A stretch of DNA of 64,000 bases from Pseudomonadota bacterium (GTDB lineage Bacteria > Pseudomonadota > Alphaproteobacteria > Caulobacterales > Hyphomonadaceae). How positions within the stretch are numbered: the first letter of the stretch is position 1; every line of letters begins with the position of its first letter. The position numbers were made by a program, and so were the translations under genes. The notes under the pieces were generated by a model. It was not told where the DNA came from. It worked only from the letters and a program-made list of their open reading frames with translations, and did no database searches. This document shows, one piece after another, positions 45,047 through 53,123 of the stretch. The stretch is from the NCBI GenBank assembly GCA_039818185.1, contig JBCBUI010000016.1, positions 2,158 through 66,157 of the forward strand, written 5' to 3'.

Positions 45047-45430
45047 TCAATTTGTCTCACCGATGAGCGCCATTGCATTTGACACAACGGTTTTGCGGTA
45101 CTTTGGGTCTGTTTTGCCCAGTTCGAACCCAGATAAACTCTCCCATAGAGCTGCGGCGATGTTCTGTTCAAACTCGCAATCTGACAGGCGCTGCCTGATC
45201 TGCATTGCTAGCTGATTCAGGTGAGATACGTCGGCATCTGAGTAATCGGAGTAGACCTCCAGATTAAGAAGCTCACAAACCTCCGCGTGAAAACGTTCCA
45301 ATGTGTACATGTTCTCTCGTGATCCAAAATACTCTGCGATTGATCTACTCGATGCACACCGCCACGATCTATAAGCGCCTCCGAACCGTGTGATCAGTAT
45401 CTCCGCTTGTGACGTTGAGGGGAAACTCAT
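45047..45430 (-). CDS. Hypothetical protein (127 aa), no recognisable domain
   Basis: Only the ORF and its position: divergent from the RHH gene, in a stretch that looks lower in GC. Coding status not independently supported. Confidence 0.35.
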   Translation of the reverse strand: MSFPSTSQAEILITRFGGAYRSWRCASSRSIAEYFGSRENMYTLERFHAEVCELLNLEVYSDYSDADVSHLNQLAMQIRQRLSDCEFEQNIAAALWESLSGFELGKTDPKYRKTVVSNAMALIGETN

Positions 45431-45592
45431 GTCTTGCGATGATGAAGCAAATCCCGGTTCAGAGACGGATGCAATGTAAATCAGTTTACAGAATTTTTGG
45501 CTAGCGTCTGACTGCTTCTGGATCCGCTAGCGATAAATATATTGCCGCAATCTTCTAGAGTCGTCGGAGGTGCCATTCGAGATCTGCTATCT

Positions 45593-45615
45593 ATGTATAT
45601 GCAATGCATATACAT
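45593..45615. promoter_or_regulatory. 23-bp perfect palindrome, candidate operator
   Basis: ATGTATATGCA-A-TGCATATACAT has 11-bp perfect arms. It ends 38 nt upstream of the RHH-like gene start at 45654. Confidence 0.45.
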
Positions 45616-45653
45616 TTGCTATACAGGCGGCAGCTCGAGTTAGACGTGAAGCT

Positions 45654-45830
45654 ATGGCAGATAAGAAATCAAAGAAAAAACAACGCAAAGACAGTCAGTT
45701 GATCATTCGAATCAATGGCGAGGATCGAGATGCGTTCGTTACTCTTTGCGATGAACTCGATACGACAGCGGCGCGCGAAGTGCGCCGGTTTATTCGCGGT
45801 TTTCTTAGAGCAAATAGCCAATCAGACTGA
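45654..45830 (+). CDS. Small ribbon-helix-helix-like DNA-binding protein
   Basis: The ORF opens at 45570; ATG 45654 gives a 58-aa product. It has a basic tail (MADKKSKKKQRKDS), a beta strand (QLIIRINGEDRDAF), then two helices, which is an RHH-like layout. Preceded by the perfect palindrome. Confidence 0.45.
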   Translation: MADKKSKKKQRKDSQLIIRINGEDRDAFVTLCDELDTTAAREVRRFIRGFLRANSQSD

Positions 45831-45871
45831 TGACGGGCTGACGAAACAACCAAGTAGAGGAGACATTTCAA

Positions 45872-45991
45872 GTGTCGAAGAAATCTAAAATCAAGAAACT
45901 GAAAAAAGAAGTCCGCTCACGCAAAGCCAAGGTAGCTCGCCAAGAGGCGAAGCTTAAAGCGGCGCGCAAAGCGCTCAAAAAGGCGGCCTAG
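45872..45991 (+). CDS. Possible 39-aa lysine-rich helical peptide
   Basis: The GTG at 45872 lies about 10 nt after an AGAGGAG. Translation is VSKKSKIKKLKKEVRSRKAKVARQEAKLKAARKALKKAA with stop TAG at 45989-45991. A strong terminator begins 20 nt downstream. Too short for the ORF track. Confidence 0.3.
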   Translation: MSKKSKIKKLKKEVRSRKAKVARQEAKLKAARKALKKAA

Positions 45992-46011
45992 GCACAAACA
46001 TATCAAACTTG

Positions 46012-46044
46012 GAAGGCTGGCATAAAACGCCAGCCTTCTTTTTT
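46012..46044 (+). terminator. Rho-independent terminator
   Basis: GAAGGCTGGC (46012-46021), loop ATAAAAC, GCCAGCCTTC (46029-38), then TTTTTT (46039-44). Confidence 0.75.
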
Positions 46045-46154
46045 CATTACACCAGAGTCTTGCTGATTTGATTGTACCCTCAGGTGTTTTCAGTCGGGAG
46101 TGAAATGGACTTCGACAATTTCCCATATTGGGGACTTATCGAATGTTGGCGTCT

Positions 46155-46601
46155 CTAAAAGTCTAGCGGATCTAGCGGGACATCGTGCCCAGATCGAATG
46201 AGCTCGAGGAAGCGGTCTACTTTTTCCCTTTCCTGCTTTGTCAGATTGAGACCTTCTTCACCGCCATCGAATGAAAATACGATCTTGGTTGTTCGCTCGC
46301 TTCGGTCTTCAAGCAGGTCAGGCGTTAGCCGTTCCATTTCCCGCAACAGTCTGATCTGGTCGCTGGTTTTCCCGTGAAGTGCGTTTTCGATGAGTTTGTG
46401 CACAAAGGCTTCGTGCACCGTGATGCTGCGCCGTTCGCCGTTTTCTGAGACGATCATCTTCCGGTTCATCCCATTTCGAAGCGTTCTCGCGAAGTTCTTG
46501 GATCCTTTCGGCCGTCCTTTCGTGTTGCCCGATTGACCTTTCTTAAACTGGCTATGCCTCGGCGGTTTGCCATATCCAACTTCGTAATCTTGATCAGACA
46601 T
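46155..46601 (-). CDS. DUF5681-like protein (phage/plasmid-associated)
   Basis: ORF 46155-46634; Met12 (46601) is the likelier start. The N-terminal block GYGKPPRHSQFKKGQSGNTKGRPKGSKN is the signature I associate with DUF5681. Immediately downstream of, and overlapping, the ParB-methyltransferase gene. Confidence 0.6.
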   Translation of the reverse strand: MSDQDYEVGYGKPPRHSQFKKGQSGNTKGRPKGSKNFARTLRNGMNRKMIVSENGERRSITVHEAFVHKLIENALHGKTSDQIRLLREMERLTPDLLEDRSERTTKIVFSFDGGEEGLNLTKQEREKVDRFLELIRSGHDVPLDPLDF

Positions 46602-47895
46602 TGCTTGCTTCCTTCTCTTTTTCGATTTCATCAAAACTCTGCTCCCAAACGGAGTGCTTCGCGGGCTGACCGGTTGAGTCTTGGAACCTTCGGATGATCA
46701 CATCGATGTACTTCGGGTCGAGCTCAATGCAGGCGGCTTTGCGGCCCGTCTGTTCGGCTGCCAATAGCGTAGAACCGGACCCCGCAAATGGATCAAGCAC
46801 CCATTCACCGCGCGCGGTCACGTCCATGATCGCATCTGCCATCATGCCGACCGGTTTAACTGTCGGATGCAGCTTCAGCTCATCCCGGCGCGCTTGCACA
46901 CCGGTATAGTCCCAGACATTGGTTCGGTTGCGGCCATGCTTGCCGAGCTCGATATTATTGCGGTGGCGCGCGCCAGGCTTTCGAAAGACAGGGATCAATT
47001 CATGCTGCGAACGATAGAGGCTGCCCATGCCGCCCGTCATCTTGTTCCAGACACAAAGATTGAGAAGCTCACCTAATCCCAGTTCGCCGGCTTGGATCAG
47101 GTCCCGGATGTGGCGCCAATCCATGCAGACGAATGACACTGCGCCAGGCATCAAGTGATTTCCTGACTGCTGGCAGAACGTCTCGAGGAAAGCGCAAAAC
47201 TCTTCGTCCGACATTTCGCCCGAGGCCATCATAAATTCGCTATGCTTGATCTTGCCTTTGCCGCAGACATGGCCGTCCACTTTCACATTATAAGGTGGGT
47301 CGGTGAACATGGCGGCAGCGAGTTGATCGAAAAGAACCGCTTCATAGCTTTCCGCCTTGAGGGCATCGCCGCAATAAAGACGGTGATTACCCAGAACCCA
47401 CAAATCTCCAGGCTCGCTGATGGCAGGCCCAGGATCAGGCAGCGGGGCAGGGGGCTCGTCAGCTTCCTCATCGCACGCCAAGATCAAATCAATCTCAGAG
47501 GTCTCAAACCCGATCGCACCGATGTCGAAATCAAGCTCCATCTCGCTTAACGCGCCGAGCTCTATCTTAAGCAGGTCATCATCCCAGCCGGCGTTTTCTG
47601 CGAGTTTGTTATCGGCAAGGATGTAAGCGCGCTTCTGCGCCGCGCTCAGGCCGGAAAGCTCAATCACCGGAACTTCTGAGAGTCCAAGCTGCTTTGCAGC
47701 CATCCAGCGACCATGTCCCGCAACAATGCCATTGCCCTCGTCTATAAGGATGGGGTTGGTCCAGCCGAAAGCCGTTATGCTGGAAGCGATCTGCTCGATC
47801 TGCTTTCGCGAGTGTGTACGTGCATTGCCAGCATATGGCCTCAGCGCGTCAGTTGGGACTTTGTTGACCTGAAGGTCACGGATCGTATTGGGCAT
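46594..47895 (-). CDS. ParB/Srx-like nuclease domain fused to an N6-A/N4-C DNA methyltransferase
   Basis: 433 aa. The N-terminal ParB-like block is LRPYAGNARTHSRKQIEQIASSITAFGWTNPILID...IVAGHGR. The MTase domain carries DPPYN (motif IV) and C-terminal DPFAGSGSTLLAAE (motif I), i.e. the beta-class order. Confidence 0.88.
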   Translation of the reverse strand: MPNTIRDLQVNKVPTDALRPYAGNARTHSRKQIEQIASSITAFGWTNPILIDEGNGIVAGHGRWMAAKQLGLSEVPVIELSGLSAAQKRAYILADNKLAENAGWDDDLLKIELGALSEMELDFDIGAIGFETSEIDLILACDEEADEPPAPLPDPGPAISEPGDLWVLGNHRLYCGDALKAESYEAVLFDQLAAAMFTDPPYNVKVDGHVCGKGKIKHSEFMMASGEMSDEEFCAFLETFCQQSGNHLMPGAVSFVCMDWRHIRDLIQAGELGLGELLNLCVWNKMTGGMGSLYRSQHELIPVFRKPGARHRNNIELGKHGRNRTNVWDYTGVQARRDELKLHPTVKPVGMMADAIMDVTARGEWVLDPFAGSGSTLLAAEQTGRKAACIELDPKYIDVIIRRFQDSTGQPAKHSVWEQSFDEIEKEKEASNV

Positions 47896-48148
47896 GGTTT
47901 TACTCCAGACAGAATTGTGGATTTAAATTTTCTGTCTTCGTAAAACCGTTTGTTTTGGTTCCGTTCTTATTTGTTCGCACCGAAATTTCGCGATGTAAAC
48001 CCCTATTGCCGGAACACGGTTAATGTCCGAGTGGCGAGCAAAACCAGACATTAGGTTTCCGACCCTAGCTTGTCGCAATTTTACAATACATCGATCCCAG
48101 AGCAGTGTTGTTTGATCGAAGAACAGCATTCTCAAACGGATCGAGACT

Positions 48149-49516
48149 ATGAGCGATTTCGATAAGTCACACCGCTATTACTGGTTTGCCTTTGCAGCCT
48201 ATTTTCCAACGGGCATTATATCTGCTTTGAGCATCTACTATATGAAATGGGCGACAGACGTCTTGCTCATCGCGCCCATTGCAATCGCCGCAATTCTGAC
48301 CATCGGAACGATTTGGGACGGCGTGACGGACCCTGTGATTGCAGCATATACTGACCGACGTCGCAAAGTGAACGGACGCCGCAAACCGATAATGCGAATA
48401 GGTCTCATACTATTCGCGCTCATGGCTTTTGTGATCTGGCTGCCTCCGACGGTACTGTCCGGTACAGCTCTGTTTGCCTGGCTGTTGATTGGATTTTTAA
48501 TCTACCGTTTGGGCGCGACGCTCGTGAATGTGCCGCTCAAAGCGCTCGGGCTTGAAGTCTTTCTAAGCGCCAATAAGCGAATGTGGGCGATTATCGCGCA
48601 AGCCTTGCCCATTTTGCTGTCGAGTTTGATCGCGATATTGGGGCTGGGATTCATCCTGACCAATGATGCTCCTCGCGAGACTCTATTTTGGGTGTTGATC
48701 GGGCCAAGTATAATTATTTTTGCTCTGGCTATTTGGGGAATGGGGTTACTTCCAGAACCATCTTCCGCACATCGCCCGCGAGAGACATCGGTCTGGCGGA
48801 TGATATCGGATGTTCTGGGCAACCCCTATCATCGCAGCATCTTGCTCGTGCAGAGTCTGCAAGTGTTGGCTCTCGTGTCACTGACTTTCAACACGCCTTA
48901 TCTAGTAGATGTCATTCTGGGCGACGAAGCGTATTTCCCACTTGTGCTTGGTACCTTTTACGTCGCACTCGCGCTCGGTATGCCAGCGCTCTCTCTCTTG
49001 AATACGCGCATTGGAATGGTCGCGGTTTGGAAAACGGGCATCTGGTTTTGGGTCGCGGCGTTTGCGCTCGCTTGTACATTGCCGTTCTTACCGACCTCCG
49101 TGGCCTTCGTGCTGTTTTTCGTTATCGCATCCATGGGCGGGCTCGCTGAAGCGTCCGGATTGGTGATCTATCCGATCATGGGTGATTTGGTCGATTACGA
49201 TGCGGATCGCTCAGGGCATCGGCGCGAGGGGCTTTATGTCACTGTTTTCGAGCTGGTCGGGAAAGTTGCAGCGGCGATTGTCGGACTGTTGCTCGGGATC
49301 GCCCTACAAACCAGCGGCTACAATCCGGATGCCGACACGCAGTCGCCCCAAGTTGTGTATGCGTTGACGTTTTCAGGGGTATTCATTCCGATGCTATTGT
49401 CGCTTTTCGCATTGTGGTGGCTGGGACGGTGGAACTTCTATAAGGATGAGCGAGACTACGATCAGTATCGATCTAGCGCATCAGGAACTGGCACGGGACT
49501 GCAGGAGACGGGATGA
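48149..49516 (+). CDS. MFS transporter, glycoside-pentoside-hexuronide (GPH) type
   Basis: 455 aa with ~12 TM segments. GPH signature WDGVTDPVIAAYTDRRR after TM2. Confidence 0.8.
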   Translation: MSDFDKSHRYYWFAFAAYFPTGIISALSIYYMKWATDVLLIAPIAIAAILTIGTIWDGVTDPVIAAYTDRRRKVNGRRKPIMRIGLILFALMAFVIWLPPTVLSGTALFAWLLIGFLIYRLGATLVNVPLKALGLEVFLSANKRMWAIIAQALPILLSSLIAILGLGFILTNDAPRETLFWVLIGPSIIIFALAIWGMGLLPEPSSAHRPRETSVWRMISDVLGNPYHRSILLVQSLQVLALVSLTFNTPYLVDVILGDEAYFPLVLGTFYVALALGMPALSLLNTRIGMVAVWKTGIWFWVAAFALACTLPFLPTSVAFVLFFVIASMGGLAEASGLVIYPIMGDLVDYDADRSGHRREGLYVTVFELVGKVAAAIVGLLLGIALQTSGYNPDADTQSPQVVYALTFSGVFIPMLLSLFALWWLGRWNFYKDERDYDQYRSSASGTGTGLQETG

Positions 49517-50430
49517 CGCATTCGACTCCGGATAAGTTTGAAGGAGAGATCAACCACTTTTTCCCGAGTGGAGCAGCCAAACGCGTTGTTCGAGAGTATG
49601 CCCATATCGACGTGATGGCTATGGATCACCATCTGTCGATGTCCGATTGCTTGTTTTTTCGCCTGTCCGGTAGCGCGCCAATCCAGATCAATAATGAGTT
49701 TTATTCCGAACGCTGTCTGGCGGTTTTGTCAGAAGCTGTCAGCACGCGTGTCTCAACTTATGGCCGCCAGCAATTCTGGCAGATCGCACTCTCGCGCGGG
49801 ACAATGACGCGCCTGTTGCGGCTGGACGCGCGAAAGGAGCATGGGCGTTTCATGTCTTGGGATCATATCCCGTGGGTCCGCACACTGGCCCGCGAGTTGA
49901 GCGCAACATCAAGCATGCGGGAAATGGTAGAGATATCAAATCAAGCGCTTTCTTTGGCTTTAGACCGAGCGCTTGATGTGACCATTGTCGAGCCTGCCCT
50001 CTACCATCTGGTGAACGATCGCGGCGATCTCAGCGTCCCCGATCTTGCCGAAAGGACGTCTACCAAACGACGCACTTTAGAGCGCGCGTTCCGGGCGCGC
50101 TTGGGTGTGTCGCCCAAATTGGAAATTCGCAAAGTTCGGTTCGATACGACACTCAATGAATTTTTAGCCAGACCAGGCATCAAGTGGCGAGATTTAGAGT
50201 ACGCCCCTTACGCCGATCAATCTCACTTTTTGAGAGATGCGCGGTTCTTCAATGTCAGGCTACATCAATTAAAGACTCAGATTGAAATGGCATCGATGTA
50301 CAGTAAGTGGTTTCCAGAAGGAGTTTATGAGGAAAGCGCGGCCGTTTCAGACCCGGAAGACTTGCCAGAGTACCGGTCGAACTTTGAGTGGCGCATGGAT
50401 AATTTACGCGCCCTCGCGGAGTCATGTTAG
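49513..50430 (+). CDS. AraC-family transcriptional regulator
   Basis: 305 aa; start overlaps the MFS stop. C-terminal AraC HTH region (VPDLAERTSTKRRTLERAFRARLGVSPKLEIRKVRFD...YADQSHFLRDARFF). Confidence 0.75.
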   Translation: MTHSTPDKFEGEINHFFPSGAAKRVVREYAHIDVMAMDHHLSMSDCLFFRLSGSAPIQINNEFYSERCLAVLSEAVSTRVSTYGRQQFWQIALSRGTMTRLLRLDARKEHGRFMSWDHIPWVRTLARELSATSSMREMVEISNQALSLALDRALDVTIVEPALYHLVNDRGDLSVPDLAERTSTKRRTLERAFRARLGVSPKLEIRKVRFDTTLNEFLARPGIKWRDLEYAPYADQSHFLRDARFFNVRLHQLKTQIEMASMYSKWFPEGVYEESAAVSDPEDLPEYRSNFEWRMDNLRALAESC

Positions 50431-50500
50431 CGAGCAGAAGGAGACATTCGATCCGCATTCTCTTTGCGCGCTCTCAAAATACCACCACACCGACTTTAAT

Positions 50501-50914
50501 CTAACCAAAGGCCCCGAGGATGAGCGAAACCAACAGGATCGCCGAAGCCTGGCTTCCCGCGGCGATCCGGCCAGCTGCAGACTTCAGCAGGAAACCGTAT
50601 CCGGGAAGGACCGTCGCCAAACCATAACCAACGGCGCCGATGAGTCCAAAGGTCAAGCCGCCAGCTAGATCGGTGACCCCTGCAGCTTGATGGAGAAATG
50701 CGGTCGCGAGCACCAAGGCGACCATACACGCAAATCCGACCCCATAAGCGCTCCCAGGCACGTCCTTAGTATGTGCAGCCCGGCTTTCGGCGCCATATGC
50801 CTTCGCCCATGGATCCCCAAAAAGTACGGTGAACCACAGAGTAAGCAGCACTTGGCCGGCCACCACAGCAACGATGATTGCGATCCAGTTTAGTTCCGAA
50901 AATGCGACTTCCAT
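50501..50914 (-). CDS. DUF1761-like small membrane protein
   Basis: 137 aa with 4 hydrophobic segments. The N-terminus LNWIAIIVAVVAGQVLLTLWFTVLFGDPWAKAYG resembles the DUF1761 start. Confidence 0.55.
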   Translation of the reverse strand: MEVAFSELNWIAIIVAVVAGQVLLTLWFTVLFGDPWAKAYGAESRAAHTKDVPGSAYGVGFACMVALVLATAFLHQAAGVTDLAGGLTFGLIGAVGYGLATVLPGYGFLLKSAAGRIAAGSQASAILLVSLILGAFG

Positions 50915-51136
50915 TTTATTGCCTTTCGATGATGGGAGTGTGCGCGTTCAATGCGGTCCCACGGTCTATTCCGCTGAGACGGAGACTTTGAAAATCCAGA
51001 TATGCCACACTCGCTACATATGTAAACTTAGTTCGCTACAACTGAGAAAAGTCATATAGGTTAGCGCCAAAGACTCTTTCCCAGATTAATTTCTGGTCGC
51101 TTCTCAAAGGCGAGCAAAAGGAGACATAAGCTGAAT

Positions 51137-51161
51137 GTCCGCTTTCGGCGTCAAAGCGGAC
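51137..51161. repeat. Hairpin repeat copy 1 (GTCCGCTTT-cggcgtc-AAAGCGGAC)
   Basis: Perfect 9-bp stem with a 7-nt loop. Intergenic, upstream of the TIR gene. Confidence 0.9.
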
Positions 51162-51291
51162 GTTGGAATGCGACGCTGAGTAGCTGCCATAAGCAATAAT
51201 GCTCGTTTGTTAGCAACTCAACTTGCTGCCCCAGCGACTTGAATTGATCCTGGTAATGTAGTGTTTGAGTTGGATAACTGAGTGAGGTTGA

Positions 51292-52962
51292 GTGTTGGTG
51301 CCTACTTCCGAAAGACTGAAGGTTTTTATCTCGTACTCGCGAGCCCAAGTCGGGTTTGCGGATGAGCTAGAATTGGCATTATCGGACAAGCAGCATGAGG
51401 TTCTGATCGACCGTCACTCGATCGCCAAAGGCGAAGCGTTCAAGCAGCGTCTCGGAGAAATGATTCTCGCGTGCGATACGGTGGTGTTCATTTTATCGGA
51501 CGAGTCTGCGACCTCGCAAATCTGTGCTTGGGAAATATCAGAAGCCGCCAGATTGTTAAAACGGGTATTGGTGGTCACAATAGCTGATCTTTCGGATGGC
51601 GTCGTGGTTCCCCAGGCGCTCGCGAGCATTGATTGGATACACTGTTGGAATAACCCCAAAGTACCAGGCTCGAACCAGACAAAAGGGTTCATCGAGCTTG
51701 ATCGGGCGCTACGAACTGACTTGGCATGGTTGCGTGAGCGAACAAGATTGCAAGAACAAGCTGTCCGTTGGGCGGGTCGCTCCGACGATCTGAATAGAGA
51801 GTCTTCCCTTCTGCGCGCTGAACTCTTGTCCGAGGCGATCGATTGGCAGGCCAGCAAACCTGTCCATGAGTCGATTCCGGACATAGTTCTCGATTTTCTC
51901 TCATCCAGCCGCGACGCTGAAGAACGCCGACGATCTGAGGAAGCCGCAAATCTGGCAGAGCGTGAATCAATTATTGAACAGTCCCGAGTCGCGATGGAAG
52001 AGCGTGAGGTCGCGTTGAAACGACTTTCGCGAAGAAGTGTGATGGGAGTAGGCGTGGCGGGAGCGCTTACTGCTGGAGCAAGTGGACTAGCGCTATGGGC
52101 GAACGATGCAGAGAACCGATTCAGACGCGCGCAAACCGCTGCCGCATTGGCACGAGAACAGGCAATAGAGGACAGTATCACTGAGCAAGCACTTAACACT
52201 AATATTTCGGGTCAAATAACGGCGTATGCGTCTTCTCCCGGTGTAATCGCTTCGGATGGTCCACCTGGCGAAAACTCCCCTTATACGAAAGCCGTGCTGA
52301 CGGCTTTGGGTAATCCCAATCAGTCTTTGCTAGGAGGGTTGCTGGAAGCGCACGATCGTATTCGTTCCGATTTTCCCCAGCAGCCATATCTGTCGACAAA
52401 CGTAGATGCAGACGTTTTCATGAAGCGGTTGCCGGTCAGTTGGAAACGGCGCGCGCTATGCATCTCAAATTCGAGTCTTTTTGGAGAGAAAGAGATGCTG
52501 CCAAACACAGAGCGCGACGCTGATGCATGGAGCGACTTTCTCCAAGAGTGCGGCTTTGAGGTCAGAGCGCATTCGAATCTAACGTTAGCTCAATTGCATG
52601 AACAGATAGATTGGCTCTTCTCTCACTTGATACCACAATCTGATGACGCTGGTCTCAACTTAACAAACGAACGCGTCGATCCAGCAGGTTTTGTGTTTTT
52701 GTTTTATGCGGGTGTTGGGTATGTAGATGGACAAAGACAAGCTCTAGAGGTTGCAAACACTATTGGCTTTGCGAGTGAAAGCCGCGCCATCAACGTGCTG
52801 CCCTTAGACCCCTTGTTAGAGAGAATGCGAAAGCTCGCAGGTTTATCGGTTGCGGTGCTGGATACAAACTTCAATCCGATAAGCCTGTCGCATGAGGGAT
52901 GGGGTACAGAGCTTAATGAGATGCCGGCAGTGGACACTTTTGAACCTATTTTGACGCGTTAG
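51292..52962 (+). CDS. TIR-domain protein with coiled coil, predicted TM helix and a C-terminal degenerate caspase-like region
   Basis: 556 aa; GTG/TTG/GTG starts at 51292-51298 follow a GAGG. TIR blocks VFISYSR, VVFILSDES and SQICAWEISEA. Hydrophobic aa 249-270. Peptidase-C14-like blocks ITAYASSPGVIASDG..GENSPYTKAVL (aa 309-336), then RRALCISNSS...FLFYAGVGY...AVLDTN (aa 386-526). Confidence 0.8.
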   Translation: MLVPTSERLKVFISYSRAQVGFADELELALSDKQHEVLIDRHSIAKGEAFKQRLGEMILACDTVVFILSDESATSQICAWEISEAARLLKRVLVVTIADLSDGVVVPQALASIDWIHCWNNPKVPGSNQTKGFIELDRALRTDLAWLRERTRLQEQAVRWAGRSDDLNRESSLLRAELLSEAIDWQASKPVHESIPDIVLDFLSSSRDAEERRRSEEAANLAERESIIEQSRVAMEEREVALKRLSRRSVMGVGVAGALTAGASGLALWANDAENRFRRAQTAAALAREQAIEDSITEQALNTNISGQITAYASSPGVIASDGPPGENSPYTKAVLTALGNPNQSLLGGLLEAHDRIRSDFPQQPYLSTNVDADVFMKRLPVSWKRRALCISNSSLFGEKEMLPNTERDADAWSDFLQECGFEVRAHSNLTLAQLHEQIDWLFSHLIPQSDDAGLNLTNERVDPAGFVFLFYAGVGYVDGQRQALEVANTIGFASESRAINVLPLDPLLERMRKLAGLSVAVLDTNFNPISLSHEGWGTELNEMPAVDTFEPILTR

Positions 52963-53016
52963 CCTTCTGCTCGGATACACTGGTTCATTTTGACTCTTGC
53001 TTTCCAGCGCACTCGA

Positions 53017-53041
53017 GTCCGCTTTCGGCGTCAAAGCGGAC
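53017..53041. repeat. Hairpin repeat copy 2 (core identical to copy 1)
   Basis: GTCCGCTTTCGGCGTCAAAGCGGAC, 25/25 identical to copy 1. Lies between the convergent TIR and GDPD genes. Confidence 0.9.
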
Positions 53042-53123
53042 ATTAGCGTGCGAATTAAAATGCCCAGAATGGAGACTTACGAAGTGCAGGAGGGGCCGCA
53101 AACGCGGGCCAGAGAAAATTTGT

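Noticed and set aside
48021-48054. TAATGTC-N19-GACATTA inverted repeat that could be a seventh, degenerate copy of the hairpin family
   Set aside because: Only the ATGTC/GACAT ends are shared. The stem core CGCTTT/AAAGCG is absent and the loop is much longer. The similarity is too weak to count it.
51414-52199. 261-aa ORF on the minus strand, antisense to the TIR gene
   Set aside because: It lies entirely inside a plus-strand ORF that has clear domain signatures. Its translation is Ser/Arg/Ala-rich low-complexity sequence, typical of antisense frames. There is no start context.
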